Assembly: GCA_044225505.1 (NCBI GenBank)
Contig: JBGAIN010000026.1
Span: forward strand, 50,136-70,135
Direction: 5' to 3'
DNA from: Limisphaerales bacterium
Lineage (GTDB): Bacteria; Verrucomicrobiota; Verrucomicrobiia; Limisphaerales; SIBE01
DNA length: 20,000 nucleotides
The notes beneath the pieces were generated by a model. That model saw nothing but the letters and a program-made list of their open reading frames with translations, was not told where the DNA came from and searched no databases. Positions within the stretch are counted from its first letter, which is position 1. Each line of letters opens with the position of its first letter. This document shows positions 16,741 to 20,000 of the stretch, in pieces. Made by a program: the position numbers and the translations under genes.

Positions 16741-17415
16741 GCCGCGGTTTGCTACCTGTCAGATCCGTGCGGCGTGAGGCCCTCGAGGCCCTGTGTCGCC
16801 GAGACAAGTCGTTTTGGTGAAGTAAGTTGCAAAATCGATAACGTTACAGAACACCGCTAGCATCGATTTCCGGGGGAGATTCTTGCCCGTAAGAGATCTC
16901 GCCGCGCGCTTGGTCCTGGCGATAGACGACTCTGCCCACTCTACGCCTGGACGTTGTCGACTCAACTCCGTTCATTCGCCATTGGCGCGGACAGTAGGCC
17001 AACCAAGTTCCCGCCAAGGTCGGCATCGGCCTGCGGATCTGGAGCCCAGCTTGGGTGGCCTGGCCTGGACCGCCGGACATCGGTTCGCAAATTGAGAACG
17101 CGATATGGCACAATTCCCCTCCCAGTCAAAACGTCATTGAACCGAACCAACCCCCACCTCTCGCATGGGGTGGAGACAAAAAGTCACCAAATCACGGTCA
17201 CGAATCGACGGCTGCATCCCTTGCGACCGTTTTTCTGCCGCGGTGCAGGCCCTATAAGAGCGCATCCGGGTTGGGATCGGCTGCGGTGGGTGACGCTACT
17301 GCGCTGGGCGCGAATACGTTGGAGTTGGGGCGTTTCGGCCCGAAGCGAGTCCGAGCCTAGGACGGACCAACCGCGGTGCAATGCCTGAGTGATCCCGCTC
17401 CATTGCCGCTCACTG

Positions 17416-17459
17416 ACCGGCCTTGCACCGGCCTTGCACCGGCCTTGCACCGGCTTTGG
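17416..17459 (+). repeat. 11-bp tandem repeat (ACCGGCCTTGC) x3 plus one degenerate copy
   Basis: Perfect copies at 17416, 17427 and 17438; ACCGGCTTTGG at 17449. Confidence 0.92.
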
Positions 17460-17597
17460 TCCGAACCGACGCGCTCTGTTGCCCGATTCCACCCTGTCCG
17501 GTCGCGCATCTTCTCAGCTCTCCCACGGGCACTTCCCATTCGCAGCCCTTCTCCTTCGCCCCGCGGCGTGTCCCTTCCACGGGGTTGGGCGTGAACG

Positions 17598-17645
17598 AAA
17601 TGTCGCACACTCCAAGACCATTTGGTCTCGAAGTGTGCGACATTT
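17598..17645. repeat. 48-bp near-perfect palindrome (REP-like or operator-like)
   Basis: AAATGTCGCACACT and AGTGTGCGACATTT are perfect 14-bp arms. The inner AGACCA-TT-TGGTCT also pairs, leaving only two mismatched pairs. Confidence 0.88.
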
Positions 17646-17749
17646 ATAATCGGTCCTAAACGCGGCACAGGCCCCTTCCGACACCGTCCTCGCCGAGCAC
17701 CGCTAGCCACGAGGGTCTCACGGCGAATGCAGGGCAAGTCTCAAAGTCC

Positions 17750-18676
17750 TCAACGGCTCCGAGGCCGACTTGGGAAAGGGGCAAGGCGTCTCGCACACGC
17801 CTCCAGGACGCACTGGCGAAGCCACCGATGTGCCAAATCGGCATCAAGCCGAGGGTGCCAGAGCAGCGAAACGGTGAACTCCGGCGTGGCGAAGGGAAGA
17901 CGAAAACTATGCATTCCAGTACGGAGGTTTCCGGTGTGTCGTTCGGGAACCGTGGCAATCAGATCAGAGGCCCGAGCCAGGCCCAGCGCCGTCGAAAATC
18001 CACCAACGACCGTAACAATCTCCCGCTGCAACCCCAGGGACGCCAGAGCCTCATCGATGGGCCCTTTTTCGAAACCCTGTCGGGAAACACTTATGTGCCT
18101 GCCAGCCGCGTAACGGCTAGCCGTGATTTTGCCTTGGCCTAGCGCATGGTCCAATCGCACAACGCCGATGTAACCGTCGCGGAACAGCGCCTGCACCCGT
18201 AACTCCGGAGCGGTCGTGCTTTCCACAACGCCTGTTTCGAGGTCGATCGTCCCATCGCGGAGGGGACCACTCCCTTTATCTGGCTTCTGCATGAAGCGCA
18301 GCCGCACACCAGGCGCTTCCGTGGCAAGGCGCGCGATGAGGTCCGGTCCGAAATTCTCCACAAACCCTTCACTAGTTCGCAGGGTAAAAGTCCGGTTAAG
18401 CTGGTTAAGCTGGAGTTTTTCCATTGGCCGTAAAACGGCCTCGGCGTCCCGGACGAGCTGACCGACACGCGCTCGGAGTTCCACGGCTCGTGGTGTAGGG
18501 ACCAGACCACGCCCGGCTCGCACCAGGAGCGGATCACCTGTCGCGTGCCGCACCCGGGCTAGCGCCCGGCTCATCGCCGATGGGCTCAGCCGTAACCGGC
18601 GGGCCGCGCTAGCGACGCTGCCTTCGGCCAGAAGCACGTCCAGGGTGACGAGGAGATTGAGGTCGGGGCGTTCCAT
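17750..18676 (-). CDS. LysR family transcriptional regulator
   Basis: MERPDLNLLVTLDVLLAEGSVASAARRLRLSPSAMSRALARVR..GDPLLVRAGRGLVPTPRA forms the HTH. The substrate-binding domain ends LLWHPRLDADLAHRWLR. ATG 18676 is preferred over 18709. Confidence 0.95.
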   Translation of the reverse strand: MERPDLNLLVTLDVLLAEGSVASAARRLRLSPSAMSRALARVRHATGDPLLVRAGRGLVPTPRAVELRARVGQLVRDAEAVLRPMEKLQLNQLNRTFTLRTSEGFVENFGPDLIARLATEAPGVRLRFMQKPDKGSGPLRDGTIDLETGVVESTTAPELRVQALFRDGYIGVVRLDHALGQGKITASRYAAGRHISVSRQGFEKGPIDEALASLGLQREIVTVVGGFSTALGLARASDLIATVPERHTGNLRTGMHSFRLPFATPEFTVSLLWHPRLDADLAHRWLRQCVLEACARRLAPFPSRPRSR

Positions 18677-18706
18677 AAACTCGAGACAAGCTACTTGGGA
18701 TTGAGG

Positions 18707-18756
18707 CATGGCGTCAAACGCACGTAGTCAGTGCAAACGGTGCGTCTTCCGCCATG
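18707..18756. promoter_or_regulatory. Pair of inverted boxes in the LysR/MFS divergent promoter, probable LysR binding sites
   Basis: CATGGCG-tcaa-ACGCAC ...16 nt... GTGCGT-cttc-CGCCATG. The two boxes are reverse complements of each other apart from their 4-nt cores. Confidence 0.55.
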
Positions 18757-18781
18757 TCAGGGAAGCCACTACCTTGCTCTC

Positions 18782-20000
18782 ATGAACGTCCTTGCCAGGC
18801 AACGAACCGAGCGCGTCGCGGAGACGCCCAAGCGGGAGCCGTCCGTCCGCGGGGCTCTCGCTGGCCTTTCGCTCCCCATGTTGATGTCTTCCCTCGGCAC
18901 AAGCATCGCGAACGTGGCGTTGCCAACATTGGCCGAGCGCTTTAACGCCTCCTTCCAGGAAGTCCAATGGCTCGTGATTGCTTACCTCCTGGCGATCACG
19001 ACTCTGATTGTCAGTGCCGGACGTCTGGGGGACATTGCCGGCCGCCGTCGTTTGCTCTTGGGTGGACTCTCGCTGTTTACGATAGCTTCAATCTCGTGCG
19101 CTTTTGCGCCCACGCTCTGGATGTTAATCTTCGCCAGGGCAGCCCAAGGTCTGGGAGCCGCGTTGATGATGGCTCTCACGATGGCATTGGTTGGCGAAAC
19201 GATTCCCAAGGCACAGACCGGAATCGCCATGGGTTTGCTGGGAACGATGTCGGCGATTGGGACAGCTCTGGGTCCGTCGCTGGGCGGCCTCCTCATCGCT
19301 GGACCCGGTTGGCGAGCAATCTTTCTTCTCAATGTGCCGCTGGGGATTTTGGCATTCCTGCTAGTCCATCATTACCTACCCGCCGATGACCGCGGGCGAA
19401 AAGCCACAGTAGCCGGATTCAATAAACTGGGAGCTGTGCTCCTGGCGCTGACGCTCGCCGCCTACGCGCTCGCCATGTCCATGGGTGGCGGCCGTTTCAG
19501 CACACTCAATATCCTGCTGCTGGTGGCCACCGGCTTCGGACTGAGCCTCTTCCTGCTCGCCGAAAGCCGAGCGGCGTCTCCTCTGCTCCACTGGGCGGCA
19601 TTCCACGATCCGCTTCTGACGGGAAGCCTCGCGATGAGCGGACTTGTTTCGACCGTAATGATGGCCACGCTGGTCGTCGGGCCCTTCTATCTCACACGCG
19701 GTCTTGAACTCGACACCGCCCTCGTGGGACTTGTCTTGTCCATTGGTCCGGTCGTCGTCGCGCTGACAGGGGTGCCAGCGGGTCGGATCTCGGACCGCTT
19801 TGGAGCCCCGCGAACCATCGTCGTTGGACTCGTCGGAGTCGCCGCTGGTTCTTACACTCTATCCGTGCTTCCGATGGCGCTCGGTATCCCCGGTTATATC
19901 GTCCCCATGATTGTCATGACGATGGGCTACTCGCTCTTCCAGACCGCCAACAATACCGCCGTGATGAAAGACGTCCGTCCGGAACAGCGGGGCGCAATTT
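18782..20000 (+). CDS. MFS transporter, DHA2 (EmrB/QacA-like) family, 3' end runs off the window
   Basis: Manual translation from ATG 18782: ..LSLPMLMSSLGTSIANVALPTLA..VQWLVIAYLLA..AGRLGDIAGRRR (motif A)..ARAAQGLGAA..GTALGPSLGGLL..GWRAIFLLNVPLG. It is missing from the ORF track because it has no stop in the window. Confidence 0.92.
   Translation, partial: MNVLARQRTERVAETPKREPSVRGALAGLSLPMLMSSLGTSIANVALPTLAERFNASFQEVQWLVIAYLLAITTLIVSAGRLGDIAGRRRLLLGGLSLFTIASISCAFAPTLWMLIFARAAQGLGAALMMALTMALVGETIPKAQTGIAMGLLGTMSAIGTALGPSLGGLLIAGPGWRAIFLLNVPLGILAFLLVHHYLPADDRGRKATVAGFNKLGAVLLALTLAAYALAMSMGGGRFSTLNILLLVATGFGLSLFLLAESRAASPLLHWAAFHDPLLTGSLAMSGLVSTVMMATLVVGPFYLTRGLELDTALVGLVLSIGPVVVALTGVPAGRISDRFGAPRTIVVGLVGVAAGSYTLSVLPMALGIPGYIVPMIVMTMGYSLFQTANNTAVMKDVRPEQRGAI

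Noticed and set aside
17363..17420. Cobalamin riboswitch (CGGTGCAA..CCCGC..CACTG resemblance)
   Set aside because: It lacks the GGGAA and GGGAAG elements and the B12 box, and no co-oriented gene lies downstream.
17416..17459. CRISPR array
   Set aside because: The 11-bp units are contiguous with no spacers, and no cas genes are present.
16759..18113. Numerous short track ORFs in the 16.7-17.7 kb region
   Set aside because: They overlap each other in all frames, are Arg/Pro/Gly-rich, and show no family motifs, so none can be supported as coding.

Overview
This is a GC-rich bacterial chromosomal window. The protein families and C-terminal motifs suggest a Verrucomicrobia (Pedosphaera/Limisphaerales-like) or related PVC organism, which is an inference. 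In order it holds: a partial DUF2652 gene (minus strand, missed by the ORF track); a secreted YHS-domain protein; a ~1365-aa secreted adhesin-like protein with a 675-bp internal tandem duplication and five cadherin/He_PIG-like repeats; a decayed AMP-binding-enzyme fragment; a sugar-phosphate isomerase/epimerase TIM barrel divergent from a CE1-like esterase and a GH127-SGNH fusion; a DoxX-like membrane protein; an AraC regulator followed by a TIGR03067 protein; a second secreted protein with Ig-like domains and NxxGxxAF repeats; ~1 kb of apparently non-coding DNA rich in inverted and tandem repeats; and a divergent LysR / DHA2-type MFS pair that runs off the window. I found no rRNA, tRNA, CRISPR array, transposase or recognisable defence system, and I cannot claim a clearly novel system. 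The best leads are the GH127-SGNH/esterase/TIM-barrel glycan locus, a C-terminal motif shared by both surface proteins, the mosaic repeat in the adhesin, and the structured non-coding region at 16.7-17.7 kb. All family calls come from motif recognition by eye; no searches were run.
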